The position numbers and the translations under genes were made by a program. Shown in pieces: positions 34,382 to 44,152 of a stretch of 64,000 nt of DNA. Source of the DNA: Verrucomicrobiota bacterium (GTDB lineage Bacteria > Verrucomicrobiota > Kiritimatiellia > CAIQIC01 > JAGNIJ01); contig JAZDKK010000051.1 in assembly GCA_043803015.1 (NCBI GenBank), forward strand, positions 17,213 to 81,212, in the 5' to 3' direction. Under the pieces are notes generated by a model. The model searched no databases and was not told where the DNA came from. It was given only the letters and a program-made list of their open reading frames with translations. Numbering within the stretch: the stretch's first letter is position 1; every line of letters begins with the position of its first letter.

Positions 34382-35698
34382 ATGATTGGAAGAATGCCCG
34401 CCGGCCCCGCCGCCGGCGTTTCGAACGGCCTGCGTCTCGCCGGTGTCTACCCCCGCGGAACCGTGAGCATGCCCGCGGGATCTTCATTTGTATCTGCTGC
34501 ACGCCGGCTGTTTCTTCGCAGGCCCGAAGCGTTCGCCTTCGCGGCGTCCTTGATCACGTCCCTCCTGGTCTACTCGCTGACGATGGCCCCGACCGTCACG
34601 CTGGAACTTTCCGGTTCGCTGGTGACGGCGGCCGACTACCTCGGCGTGGCCAACTCCCCCGGCTACCCGCTGTGGACCCTCCTGGCCTGGTTCTTCCAGC
34701 GGGCGTTCGGCTTCGTCCGGTACCACGGGCATCCCAACCCGGCGTGGGGCGCGGGTTTCATGTCGGCGTTCTTCGGAAGCCTGACCTGCGGCTTGGTGGC
34801 CTGGCTGGTCTGCCGCTCGTGCAGGAACTGGCTGGCCGGCACCTCGGCGGGTCCGGCCGCGCGCCACCCGTGCGCGGCGTGCTGGGCCAGCGGCACATCC
34901 AGTTCGCTGGTCCTGGCCTTCAGCGGAGCGATGTGGTCGCAGTCCGCGATCGCGGCCACGTACACGCTCAACGCGTTCGTGCTCGCCCTGTTCCTGCTGG
35001 CGGCCTACGGCTGGGTCTCGACCGGCCGCCGGCGTCACCTGTACGCCCTGGCGTTTCTGGCCGGCATCGGCATCACCACGGCACCCATCTCCCTCTTGCT
35101 CATTCCCGTCGTGCCGGTCGTGATCTGGGTGAGAAGAGACAGCCTTCGAAACGCCTGGCCCCTGGCGGGCGTGGTGCTGTCGGCGGCCGCAGGATTGCTC
35201 CCGCTGGTGTACCTGCCGTTCGCGTCGGAACAGAATCCTCCGATCAACTGGGCCTACGCGAGGACGTGGATCGGGTTCAAGCACCTGGTCTCGGGCGGGC
35301 AGTATGAGAGGATCGTCTTCCTGAACGTGATCAGGCACCCGGCGATCTACCTCGGGCATCTCAAGGACTACGTCGTGGCGCTGGCGGGGCAGTTCACGTG
35401 GCCGGCCCTGCTGGTGGGGGCGTTGCCGCTCGCCGCGCTGGGGACGCGGGCGACGGCGATGAGGCGGTGGCTGGCGGTGTCCCTGCTGGCGTTTCTCCTG
35501 CTCAGCGCGGGGTTCGTGGCGGCCGCGCATCCATCCCCCGATGTGCAGACGATGCTCATTGCCAGGGTCCACATGATCCCGTCCCATGTCGTGTTCGCCC
35601 TGTGGCTGGGCTACGGTCTGTTCATGCTGGCGACGGCGGAACGGGACCTCGTCGGCCGAAGGCCAATGCATTCCGGGCGCGCGGGGAACATGCTATAG
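34382..35698 (+). CDS. DUF2723-family polytopic membrane protein (PMT-like glycosyltransferase fold)
   Basis: YSLTMAPTVTLELSGSLVTAADYLGVANSPGYPLWTLLAWFF matches the DUF2723 N-terminal signature. Many TM segments. The start is uncertain (ATG 34382 or a later ATG). Confidence 0.7.
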   Translation: MIGRMPAGPAAGVSNGLRLAGVYPRGTVSMPAGSSFVSAARRLFLRRPEAFAFAASLITSLLVYSLTMAPTVTLELSGSLVTAADYLGVANSPGYPLWTLLAWFFQRAFGFVRYHGHPNPAWGAGFMSAFFGSLTCGLVAWLVCRSCRNWLAGTSAGPAARHPCAACWASGTSSSLVLAFSGAMWSQSAIAATYTLNAFVLALFLLAAYGWVSTGRRRHLYALAFLAGIGITTAPISLLLIPVVPVVIWVRRDSLRNAWPLAGVVLSAAAGLLPLVYLPFASEQNPPINWAYARTWIGFKHLVSGGQYERIVFLNVIRHPAIYLGHLKDYVVALAGQFTWPALLVGALPLAALGTRATAMRRWLAVSLLAFLLLSAGFVAAAHPSPDVQTMLIARVHMIPSHVVFALWLGYGLFMLATAERDLVGRRPMHSGRAGNML

Positions 35699-35705
35699 TC
35701 CGGCC

Positions 35706-37490
35706 ATGGATTCCGCGACGGGCCTACCAGCTTCCTCCGGATCGCGCGCGTGGCTGCTCCTGGCGGCCTCTCTGCTCGTCTGCCTTCCGCCGATCCTCGT
35801 CCGCATCGGCGAACCCGAGCCGGACCGGATCATGGAGAACATCACCATCCTGTCGAGCCAGGAGACCTGGGTTCGCCAGCACGCCGGCGAGAAGGACGCG
35901 TGGCTCATGCCGTCGTGGAACGGCCGTCCGCGGATCGAGAAACCGCCCATGAGCGTGTGGCTCAACATGCTGGCCTGGGCGGACCTCGATCCCGATACCG
36001 CGCCGGCCGACACGGTCGTTCTGCGTGCGCGCCTGCTCGGCGCCGGCTTCGCCGTGCTCGCGCTGGTCAGCACCTTCTGGGCGGGCATGAGCCTGACGCG
36101 CGATCCGCGCATGGCCGCGCTGGCGATGCTGGTCACGGGCACGAGCGCGGCGTTTATCCGCCAGGCGCGGTTCGCCACCTACGACACGCACATGCTCGGG
36201 TTCGTGACCCTGGCCGTGGCCGCCGGGCTGTGGGCGATGCGGCCGGCGAAGCCCGAGGCGCCGGCGGGCTGGAGCGCCGCCGGCTGGCTGATCGCCGGCC
36301 TGGCCATGGCGGGCGGAGTGCTTACCAAGGGACCGTTGGCCTACTTCCTGGTGTTGGGCCCGCTCGCCGTGATGGCCCTGGTCGTTCCGCACCACCGGGG
36401 CAGGAACCTGGCGGGGCTCGGGCTGGCGCTCCTCGTCGGGTTGTTGGCCGCCGCGCCGTGGGCCCTCTACATGACGAGGAGCGTGGGGCAGGTGCGCGAG
36501 CGGCTGGCGGTGGAGTACTTCGTTCCGGCCGACGTCGTGAAACCGCCGTGGTACTACCTCATTATCGTCGGCATGGTGTTCCCGTGGAGCCTCTGGCTGG
36601 TGGTCTCGCTCTTCCTGCCATTCCTGAAGGAGAACCGGACTCAGCGCCGCCAGCTCCTGGTCGCCTGGTTCTGGTTCCTGTTCATCTTCGTTTTCTTCTC
36701 CGCCACGTGGGCCAAGGTCCAGCGCTACCTCTCGCCGATCTTCCCGTCGGCCGGCCTGATCGTTGCCCAGCTCTGGGCGCACTACGGCCGGCTCGCCGAA
36801 GAGGGGAACCAACCCCGGCGCATCAACTGGCTGCGCGTGCCGCACTGGGCGGTCCTGCTGATCCTCTCGATCGCCGTTCCGGTTTTCGTCGGCCTCCAGC
36901 CGCGCCTGGTCGAAGCGGGCCGCCTGGAACAGATCGAGCTACCCGGCTTCGGAACCACGGCGGCGGTATGGCTGGGCATCGTCCTGGTCGCGCTCGCCGG
37001 GCTCGGCGCGCTGTGGCATTTCGAAAACAGGCCGTGGCGGGCGGCGGTTGTGACCGCGGTCTGGATGTCGGTCCTGTCCACCGCCGGCTACTCCAGCTAC
37101 GCCCAGTCGTACCACAGCCGCTACGCCCAGCGCGCGGATGCCGAGCGCGTTGCCGCCGCGGCGGCCGGCCGAAGGCTGGTCTACTTGGAACTGGAACCGA
37201 AGGTGGACGTCGAGCCGACCAAGGTCTTCCTCTTCTACGCGCGGCGGATCATCCCGCCGGTCGCTCCCGACGAGCTGGCCGGGCTGGTCAAGCAGGGCGA
37301 GCCCGTCAGCGTGATCATCCGCGCCGGCGCGGGGCGCGAGGAGGTCGTCGAGCGGCTGGGCCTCCGGCGCCAGTTGGAATACGCTGACGATTTTCGGAAG
37401 GGGCGGGTACTCTATACGAACCAGAGGTCAGACGCTCGCCCGCCGAAGCTTCAGCGAAGGCGGGTCAGAGATCAGAGGTCGGCAGAGTAG
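35706..37490 (+). CDS. ArnT/PMT-like (GT39/GT83-type) membrane glycosyltransferase
   Basis: ATG at 35706. ENITILSSQETW...WNGRPRIEKPPMSVWLNMLAW, followed by many TM segments, fits the PMT_2 family pattern. Confidence 0.75.
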   Translation: MDSATGLPASSGSRAWLLLAASLLVCLPPILVRIGEPEPDRIMENITILSSQETWVRQHAGEKDAWLMPSWNGRPRIEKPPMSVWLNMLAWADLDPDTAPADTVVLRARLLGAGFAVLALVSTFWAGMSLTRDPRMAALAMLVTGTSAAFIRQARFATYDTHMLGFVTLAVAAGLWAMRPAKPEAPAGWSAAGWLIAGLAMAGGVLTKGPLAYFLVLGPLAVMALVVPHHRGRNLAGLGLALLVGLLAAAPWALYMTRSVGQVRERLAVEYFVPADVVKPPWYYLIIVGMVFPWSLWLVVSLFLPFLKENRTQRRQLLVAWFWFLFIFVFFSATWAKVQRYLSPIFPSAGLIVAQLWAHYGRLAEEGNQPRRINWLRVPHWAVLLILSIAVPVFVGLQPRLVEAGRLEQIELPGFGTTAAVWLGIVLVALAGLGALWHFENRPWRAAVVTAVWMSVLSTAGYSSYAQSYHSRYAQRADAERVAAAAAGRRLVYLELEPKVDVEPTKVFLFYARRIIPPVAPDELAGLVKQGEPVSVIIRAGAGREEVVERLGLRRQLEYADDFRKGRVLYTNQRSDARPPKLQRRRVRDQRSAE

Positions 37491-37502
37491 GGGCACAGCA
37501 AG

Positions 37503-40500
37503 ATGAGGGGTTCCTGGTTTGCGGCGGCCGTGGTGTGGCTGGTGTCCGGGCCCGTATGGCCGGATATGCTCGCGAACGGGACGTTTGAGACGCCCGGCGG
37601 GACCACCAACTGGGCCGCCAGCGGCTGGACGGCGACGGGAGATGCCTGGCGCGCGTTGCCGGCCGCGCGCAGCGGCGAGCGGGGAGCGCGCTTCAACGCG
37701 GCGACCGCCGGCGAGGCCCTGATCTACCGGGACGTGACCGCTTCGACCGGGACCTACACCTTCTGCGGCTGGCTCAAGCTGGACCCGGGCAGTAACCCGA
37801 CCAACCTGTATCTCCGGCTGGAGTGGAAGGACGCCGCCACGAACGACGTCCAGCCGGCCTTTTCCGCGAGCCTCGCGCACTTGGACCGCGACGCGTTGTG
37901 GCACCAGGTGCACGTCACCGGCTCGTGCGCGAGCAACAACCTCGTGTTCGTCCGCGCGGCGCTGGAATCGCGGCACGGCGCGAAGACGGGCGATCCGTCC
38001 GCGATCCTCTTCGACGACGCCGAGCTGTACCCGGGCGGTTACGCCGGCTCGCCGTTCCTGATGAACGGCGGCTTCGAGCACGGCGAGACCAATTGGTATG
38101 AGTCCTGGTACGGGAGCCAGTGGAGCGTGGTCACCCAGCACGTCGGTAACAGCCGCCGGATGTGGTGGCCTTCGGCCGGCGACTGGGACGCCGTCCTCCA
38201 CGGCTGGCGCGGCCAGCCGTACAGCAACTTCGTCTCGGCCTTCTCTCAGAACATCTACCCGCAGACCACGGGCACGTGGACGTTCTCGATCTATCTTCGG
38301 CGCGAGGCCAGTTTCATCGTGAGCAACGTGCAGCTGCGGCTGGAGTGGCGCGACGCGACGTACACGAACAAGGTCCAGGCGGACACGGCCGTGGACCTCA
38401 ACGTGGTCAACGACAACACATGGCGAAAGTACGCGGTGACAGGCAGTTGCGCTGACGCCGAGCTGTTCGAACTCCGCGCGGTGGCGACTTTTCAGTACGA
38501 CGTGAATCCCAGCGACCCATCCATGTACCTCGACGGCGCGCGCCTCATGCCCGGCGGGTTCACGAACTCCGTGGTCATGGAAGGAGCCTACTACAACCAC
38601 TACAGCCTCGACCCGACGCGCGAGCAGGTGCCGGGGACAAACGGGTACGGGGCGTTCATGCAGATCAGCCACGCGCGGACGACGACCACGTTCTACGCGC
38701 TCGGGGCGTATCCCGACCTGACGGTCTATCCCGACTCGGAAGGGGTGATGGGCCTGTACACGGCGTGGCAGCATCCCGGTACCACGAACTGGGTCACAAC
38801 CCATTCCAACATGACGAAGGTCGGCACGATCACGCTGACCACGAACACGCCGTTCCACGGCGCGCCGACCAGCGGGACGCTCGCGTTGAACGTCTACCGC
38901 TGCGACTGGCAGCAGCCGTGCAGCAACGGCGTGGCGTACGCCGGGCCGATCAAGGTGTGGTACGCGCCCTACCTGGATTCCTACTATGGCGCGGACCTGG
39001 AGGACCGCCAGTACCTGGTGCGGCTGGACGGCGCCTTCACGAACAGCTATCCAGTCGCTCCGCAGTTCTTCCTCTCGAACCAGTGGCACCGCGACTACTT
39101 CTACTACAACGTGCCGCCTCGGATCCTGTCGGCGTTCACCAACGGCACTTTCGCGGATCCCGCCGTCGTCGTCACCAACTGGGACAACACCGGCTGGCAG
39201 GGCACCGGCGATGCGGCGCGCGACGACTGGTCGGCGCACGCGAGCCCGCTCGGCGCTTACCTCCCGGGCTGGTACACGAACTGGATGGAGAGCGGCGTGG
39301 TCTATCGGGCGTTCAGCGAGGCGGGCCTCTTCCAGCCGCTGGCCACGACCGGCGGGACCTGCACCTTCGCCACGTGGCTTCGGAGCGACCCCGGCGTCAA
39401 CCCGAACCGGCTCGAGGTCAAGCTCGAGTGGGTCAACGCGTCCGGCGCGATGGTGCAGGCGGACGTCCGCGATCTCGCGGGGTTCCCGCGCGATGGGAGC
39501 TGGCACCACGTCTACGTCACGGGGACCTGCACCCAGCAGGGCCTCCGCTACGTGTCGCCCGGCGTGCTCGCCCAGTTCTGGGCGAGGGCGGGCGAGCCCG
39601 ACCGCATGCAGGTGGACGATGCCAGCTTTTACCCGGGCGCCTACAGCAACGTGCTCACGCTGGCCAACAACAGCTTCGAGGACGGGAACCCGGGCGACTT
39701 CCGCGGCAGCCAGTGGTACGTCCAGCCGGAGTACTGGGGCAGCTACCGCGCGGAGTGGGGCGGGCGCCGGGGCCTGGCCTCGGGCGTGTTCGAGGGCGCA
39801 GCGACGAACGCCCTGCAGTACACCAACCTCGTCTCGCAGAACACGACGCCGGGGCCCGGCACCTACACCTTCGCCATCTGGATACTGCGCGACACGAACT
39901 TCGCCATGACGAGCGCCGAGCTGAGGCTGGGCTGGTACGACCTGACGCTAACGAACCAGGTGCAGGGCGACACCGTGACGAACTTCGTCACCCCGGCGGA
40001 CAACGCGTGGCGCGAGTACCACGTGACGGGCACCTGTTCCAGCTCGTCGCTGTACGAGGTCCGCGCGACGGTGAGGATCGAGTACCCGCGCAGCGCGCAC
40101 ACCAACGCGGCGACAACGCGGATCGACGACGCGCGCTTCTACCCCGGCGACTACGTGCCGCCGCTCATCATCGACTGGGGCTACCACGGCGGCGGCACGA
40201 ACGACCCGGCCGACGAGCCTGTGCCGGGCGGGGGGTGGGGGTCCTTCTTCCGCGTGGACTATGCCCGGACGACGACCACGTTCTACGTGCTGGCCGAGCA
40301 TCCCACCATCGCGCCGGACGTCAGCGTGACGGGCGTGGTCGGGATGCGCACGGCGTACTGGGATCCCCTGATCACGAACTGGAACGACCTGCGCACGAAC
40401 ATGACGCACGTGGGCGCGATCGAGCTGGTCGACGCGACGCCCTTCCACGGACTGCCCGTGAGCGGCGGCAAGACGGTGGACGTGTACCGGTACCGCTGGA

Positions 40501-41102
40501 CGCAGCCCCTGGATGCCGCGGGGGTCCCGTTCACCCACGCGATGGTCGTCTACTACTGCCCGTACTTCCGGACCTATTCCGGTTCGAACGAGATCGAGAA
40601 CCTGTGGCTGCTGGAGAAGGGAGAGATCCTCAACAACTACCCCACGAATGCCCAGTCGTTCGGGGATTCATTCTTCTTCAAGGACTACCTCTACACCAAC
40701 CGCTGGACGCCGGACCAGGACGGCGACGGCATCCCGGACCTCTGGGAGATCGGCTACTTCGACGAGATCACGAACTGCCTGCCGGGCGCGGACGGTGACG
40801 GCGACACGAACAACAACCTGGAGGAGTACATCGCCGACAGCATCCCGACCAACCTCCTGTCTTACTTCCACGGCCGGATCACGGCGGTCACCGGGTCGCC
40901 GCTCAGCGCGGTCCAGGTGGACGCCCCGACGACCAACAGCAGGCTTTATGAAGCCCTCTCGAAGACCAACCTGCTCACGGCCGATCCGTGGGTGGTCTGC
41001 GGACCCGCCTCGCCGGGCGATGCCGCGGGGACGAACGTGTGGGTGGCCGTGACGAACCAGGGCGGCGTGGTTTTCTTCCGGACCGGGGTGCGCTTGCCCT
41101 AA
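37503..41102 (+). CDS. 1199-aa secreted protein, internally duplicated (2 x ~535 aa of CBM-like beta-sandwich modules) with TSP3-like C-terminal region
   Basis: Signal peptide WFAAAVVWLVSGPVWP. LANGTFETPGGTTNWAASGWTATGDA recurs as FTNGTFADPAVVVTNWDNTGWQGTGDA. ARTTTTFYALGAYP recurs as ARTTTTFYVLAEHP. The C-terminus has DQDGDGIPDLWE and DGDGDTNNNLEEY. Confidence 0.75.
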   Translation: MRGSWFAAAVVWLVSGPVWPDMLANGTFETPGGTTNWAASGWTATGDAWRALPAARSGERGARFNAATAGEALIYRDVTASTGTYTFCGWLKLDPGSNPTNLYLRLEWKDAATNDVQPAFSASLAHLDRDALWHQVHVTGSCASNNLVFVRAALESRHGAKTGDPSAILFDDAELYPGGYAGSPFLMNGGFEHGETNWYESWYGSQWSVVTQHVGNSRRMWWPSAGDWDAVLHGWRGQPYSNFVSAFSQNIYPQTTGTWTFSIYLRREASFIVSNVQLRLEWRDATYTNKVQADTAVDLNVVNDNTWRKYAVTGSCADAELFELRAVATFQYDVNPSDPSMYLDGARLMPGGFTNSVVMEGAYYNHYSLDPTREQVPGTNGYGAFMQISHARTTTTFYALGAYPDLTVYPDSEGVMGLYTAWQHPGTTNWVTTHSNMTKVGTITLTTNTPFHGAPTSGTLALNVYRCDWQQPCSNGVAYAGPIKVWYAPYLDSYYGADLEDRQYLVRLDGAFTNSYPVAPQFFLSNQWHRDYFYYNVPPRILSAFTNGTFADPAVVVTNWDNTGWQGTGDAARDDWSAHASPLGAYLPGWYTNWMESGVVYRAFSEAGLFQPLATTGGTCTFATWLRSDPGVNPNRLEVKLEWVNASGAMVQADVRDLAGFPRDGSWHHVYVTGTCTQQGLRYVSPGVLAQFWARAGEPDRMQVDDASFYPGAYSNVLTLANNSFEDGNPGDFRGSQWYVQPEYWGSYRAEWGGRRGLASGVFEGAATNALQYTNLVSQNTTPGPGTYTFAIWILRDTNFAMTSAELRLGWYDLTLTNQVQGDTVTNFVTPADNAWREYHVTGTCSSSSLYEVRATVRIEYPRSAHTNAATTRIDDARFYPGDYVPPLIIDWGYHGGGTNDPADEPVPGGGWGSFFRVDYARTTTTFYVLAEHPTIAPDVSVTGVVGMRTAYWDPLITNWNDLRTNMTHVGAIELVDATPFHGLPVSGGKTVDVYRYRWTQPLDAAGVPFTHAMVVYYCPYFRTYSGSNEIENLWLLEKGEILNNYPTNAQSFGDSFFFKDYLYTNRWTPDQDGDGIPDLWEIGYFDEITNCLPGADGDGDTNNNLEEYIADSIPTNLLSYFHGRITAVTGSPLSAVQVDAPTTNSRLYEALSKTNLLTADPWVVCGPASPGDAAGTNVWVAVTNQGGVVFFRTGVRLP

Positions 41103-41138
41103 TACAAACGCGCAAAGCCCGACGACGTTGGCACAATT

Positions 41139-41265
41139 CCCTCTCCCCTTCCGCCTTCGCCAAGGCTTCGGCGGACACGTGGGGGAGAGGGCCAGGGTGA
41201 GGGGTAGACTGGCCCACCGCTTCCTGACACCCTCACCCCACCCCTCTCCCCTGAAGGGAGAGGGA
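41139..41265. repeat. cluster of REP-like hairpins (CCCTCTCCC/GGGAGAGGG and CCCTCACCC/GGGTGAGGG arms)
   Basis: ccctctcccc (41139-48) pairs with ggggagaggg (41182-91). gggtgagggg (about 41195-204) pairs with ccctcacccc (41230-39). cccctctcccctgaagggagaggg lies at about 41240-65. The cluster sits between convergent genes. Confidence 0.55.
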
Positions 41266-41296
41266 GCAAGCTGTCAAAGCACTTCTTGCGTTTGCC

Positions 41297-42961
41297 TTAA
41301 TCGCCGACGGCCGGCGACGGGCTCTCCTCGGTCCTCTTCCGCGGCGTGCGGATGGCCTCGACAACATCCTTCAGCTCAGGGCAGCGCAGCATCCGCGCCA
41401 TCAGAAGATAGATTCCCATGGCGACGAGGATGCTCAGCAGGACCGAGAGGATCTGGTTCAGCTTCGGCACCAGCCCGAGGGAGGCACCGAAGGCGAACAG
41501 CAGGTTCCGGCACGCGATCGCGGCGAGGCCCATGACGGCGGCCGCGAGCAGGGCCCGCGCGGCGTTGCCGATGATCTGTTTCCATCCGGGCGAGCCGATC
41601 CGCCGGTGGAGGAGGAACCCGAGCATGATCCCGTTGAACCCCTCGGACAGCACCGTGGCCAGCGCCAGGCCCGCGTGCTTCATGCGCAGGGGCCAGGTGA
41701 GAATGAAGGCGATGTTCAGGACGAAATTGATGGTGACCGCCGCGAGGGCGATCTTGACGGGCGTCTTCGTGTCCTGGGTGGCGTAGAACGTGGGCACGAA
41801 GACCTTGGCCAGGCAGAACACCATCAGGCCCGGCGCGTAGAACTGCAGCGCGAGCGCGGTCAGGTCGGTGGAATCGGACTTGAACTGGTGCCACTCGTAG
41901 ATCATCTGGACAATCGGCCGCGCCAGCACCAGCAGTCCGACCGACGCCGGGATCATGACGAACAGCAGGGTGCGAAGGGAGTGGTTGATCGTCGCCTTGA
42001 TCTCCTGGTGATCGGCGCGCGCGGCGTGCCCCGACAGGACAGGGAGTAGAACGGTGCTGAGGGCCACGGCCAGGATGCCCTGCGGGAAGTAGAGCAGGCG
42101 CTCGGCGTAGAAGAGCGCGGCCGGGGCCCACGAGCCGATCCACGCCGCGAGCAGGCTGTTGACCATGACGTTGACCTGCGTCACCGCCAGCCCCAGCGCG
42201 GCCGGCCCCATGAGCGTGAACACGCGCAGGACCCGCGGGTCCCGCAGGTCCAGCGTGAACCCGGGCCGGTAGCCGCACCGGATCAGCGCCGGGATCTGCA
42301 CCGACAGCTGGATGATGCCGGCCGCGAAGATGCCCCACGCCAGGCCGTACACCTGCTGGCGGGGTTCCGAGCCCATGCGCGGGCAAACCGTGAGGAGAAA
42401 GACAATCCACGTGATGTTCAGCAGGCTGGGGGTCAGCGCCGGCAAGGCGAACTTGTGGTACGAGTTCAGCATGGCCATGGACAGCCCCGCCATGCAGATG
42501 AAAAACAGGTACGGCAGCATGATCCGCGCGAGCGGCAGGATCATGGCCGCTTTCTCGCCCAGGCCGGGGTGGCGCACAAACAAGGTGATGACCAGGACGC
42601 CGAGGGCCACCACGCACAGGAGCACGACGGCAACGAGCGAAATCACTTTCCGGGCCAGGACCCAGGCCTTTTCGTCCCCCTCATTCTTGCGGGCCTGGAC
42701 GAACACGGGGACAAACGCTGAGGACAGGGCGCCCTCCCCGAACAGCGCGCGGAACAGGTTCGGGATGCGGAAGGCCACGACGAAGGCCGAGATCGGCAGG
42801 GACGTGCCGAAGAAACCGGCCGTCAGGAAGTCGCGGACGAGACCGAGCACGCGGCTGATCGACGTGAATCCGCCGATCATAAACGCGGAGCGTATGACCT
42901 TGCTCTTCTCCAAGAAGCGGGTGTCCTTGCTCTCCGTATTCTCAACAAAGCGCCGGGCCAA
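41297..42961 (-). CDS. murJ: lipid II flippase MurJ/MviN
   Basis: SAFMIGGFTSISRVLGLVRDFLTAGFFGTSLPISAFVVAFRIPNLFRALFGEGALSSAFVPVF is the canonical MurJ N-terminus. The start is non-ATG (TTG at 42961 or a downstream TTG). Confidence 0.9.
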   Translation of the reverse strand: MARRFVENTESKDTRFLEKSKVIRSAFMIGGFTSISRVLGLVRDFLTAGFFGTSLPISAFVVAFRIPNLFRALFGEGALSSAFVPVFVQARKNEGDEKAWVLARKVISLVAVVLLCVVALGVLVITLFVRHPGLGEKAAMILPLARIMLPYLFFICMAGLSMAMLNSYHKFALPALTPSLLNITWIVFLLTVCPRMGSEPRQQVYGLAWGIFAAGIIQLSVQIPALIRCGYRPGFTLDLRDPRVLRVFTLMGPAALGLAVTQVNVMVNSLLAAWIGSWAPAALFYAERLLYFPQGILAVALSTVLLPVLSGHAARADHQEIKATINHSLRTLLFVMIPASVGLLVLARPIVQMIYEWHQFKSDSTDLTALALQFYAPGLMVFCLAKVFVPTFYATQDTKTPVKIALAAVTINFVLNIAFILTWPLRMKHAGLALATVLSEGFNGIMLGFLLHRRIGSPGWKQIIGNAARALLAAAVMGLAAIACRNLLFAFGASLGLVPKLNQILSVLLSILVAMGIYLLMARMLRCPELKDVVEAIRTPRKRTEESPSPAVGD

Positions 42962-43010
42962 TCGAGCATTTTCCGAACAACCCCCTCACCCCGGATCCCG
43001 CCGGACATGC

Positions 43011-43118
43011 ACCCGTAGAGCCCGCTTCACGCGGGCTAAGGTAGCCCGGACAAACCGGGCTCTACGGGGAAACGTGACGCCCGCGACCGCGCTGCCGTAG
43101 AGCCCGCTTTACGCGGGC
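43011..43118. repeat. REP-like repeat pair
   Basis: ccgtagagcccgcttcacgcgggct (43011-43035) is repeated as ccgtagagcccgctttacgcgggct (about 43094-43118). An internal hairpin AGCCCGG-acaaa-CCGGGCT lies between them. The second copy overlaps the 3' end of the GT4 gene. Confidence 0.55.
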
Positions 43119-44152
43119 TGGCGTGAGGGCGGCGTGAGAATCGAGCTCAGCAGTTCCGCGAGCCGCCGGCCCACGACCTCGACGGAGTAAAGCTGCTCGA
43201 CCTTGGCGCGGCCGCGAAGGCCGACGTCCCGCCGCAGCGCGGGATCGGCGGCCAGCCGCAGGACCGCCTCGCGCCACTCGTTGTCGGTCCGGCACAGGAA
43301 CCCGTCCACGCCGGATTCGACGAGGTCCGGATTGGCCCCCACCGCCGAGCAGACCACCGGCACGCCGGCGGCCATGTACTGCAGGGCCTTGAGGCCGCAG
43401 TTGCCGCGGGTCCAGGCGCTGTCCTGCAGCGGCATCAGGCCGACGTCGAAGGCACGGATCGCCTCCGTCTCGTCGTCGGGCGACCACACCCGGTAGGCCA
43501 CGTTCACGCCCCTCATGCTGAAGGCCTCGTCGGACACGACGGTCAGCTGCATGCCGGAGATCTTCGGCGAGAGCTCGGCCAGCACCGGCTGGAGCGCGTC
43601 GAGATGGCGTCGCGTCACGTGGCTGCCGATCCACCCGAGGTTCAGCCCCCGGCCGGCGTAGTCGTTCTTCTCCTGGTAGCGGCGGACATCCACGCACGTC
43701 GGCAGGACTTCGACGCGACGCGCCCGGGCCGCGGCGTAGTCGGCGAGGTAACGGTTTCCGGCGATCACGCACGCCGCGGCCTTCAACACCCCCCCGAGGC
43801 GGGCGCGCACCCACAGCCGGTCGGCCAGGGAACGGTGGTCCGGCGAGGCGAAGAGCGCGTCGTCGAAGTCGAACACGACGGGCTTCCCGAGCGCGGCCAG
43901 CCGGCGGATGAACCCCATGGGGAACAGCCGCTTCTGGATCAGCACGAGGTCCACGTGCTCGGCCCGGTGCAGCAGGTACGACTCCTCGGAGATTTGCCGG
44001 AGCGTCGGTCTTCGCTCGGCCGGCGGGACCACCTCGACGTGGAAACCGGAATCCCTGAGCACAGGGAGAAGCTGGTACGCCCGGTAGCGGGCGCTCGAGC
44101 CCCGCGGGCCGGACACGGGCAGGACGAGGATTCTGCGCGGAGACTCGATCAT
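43109..44152 (-). CDS. glycosyltransferase family 1 (GT4-type)
   Basis: ATG at 44152 overlaps the upstream stop. The C-terminal half has the GT1 EX7E-like region (GLMPLQDSAWTRGNCGLKALQYMAAGVPVVCSAVG). Confidence 0.8.
   Translation of the reverse strand: MIESPRRILVLPVSGPRGSSARYRAYQLLPVLRDSGFHVEVVPPAERRPTLRQISEESYLLHRAEHVDLVLIQKRLFPMGFIRRLAALGKPVVFDFDDALFASPDHRSLADRLWVRARLGGVLKAAACVIAGNRYLADYAAARARRVEVLPTCVDVRRYQEKNDYAGRGLNLGWIGSHVTRRHLDALQPVLAELSPKISGMQLTVVSDEAFSMRGVNVAYRVWSPDDETEAIRAFDVGLMPLQDSAWTRGNCGLKALQYMAAGVPVVCSAVGANPDLVESGVDGFLCRTDNEWREAVLRLAADPALRRDVGLRGRAKVEQLYSVEVVGRRLAELLSSILTPPSRQPA

Noticed and set aside
40975-41535. Small ORFs across the REP-like cluster and the murJ 3' end (40975-41217 minus, 41128-41535 plus)
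   Set aside because: They span palindromic intergenic repeats or run antisense to murJ. They have no start context or motifs.
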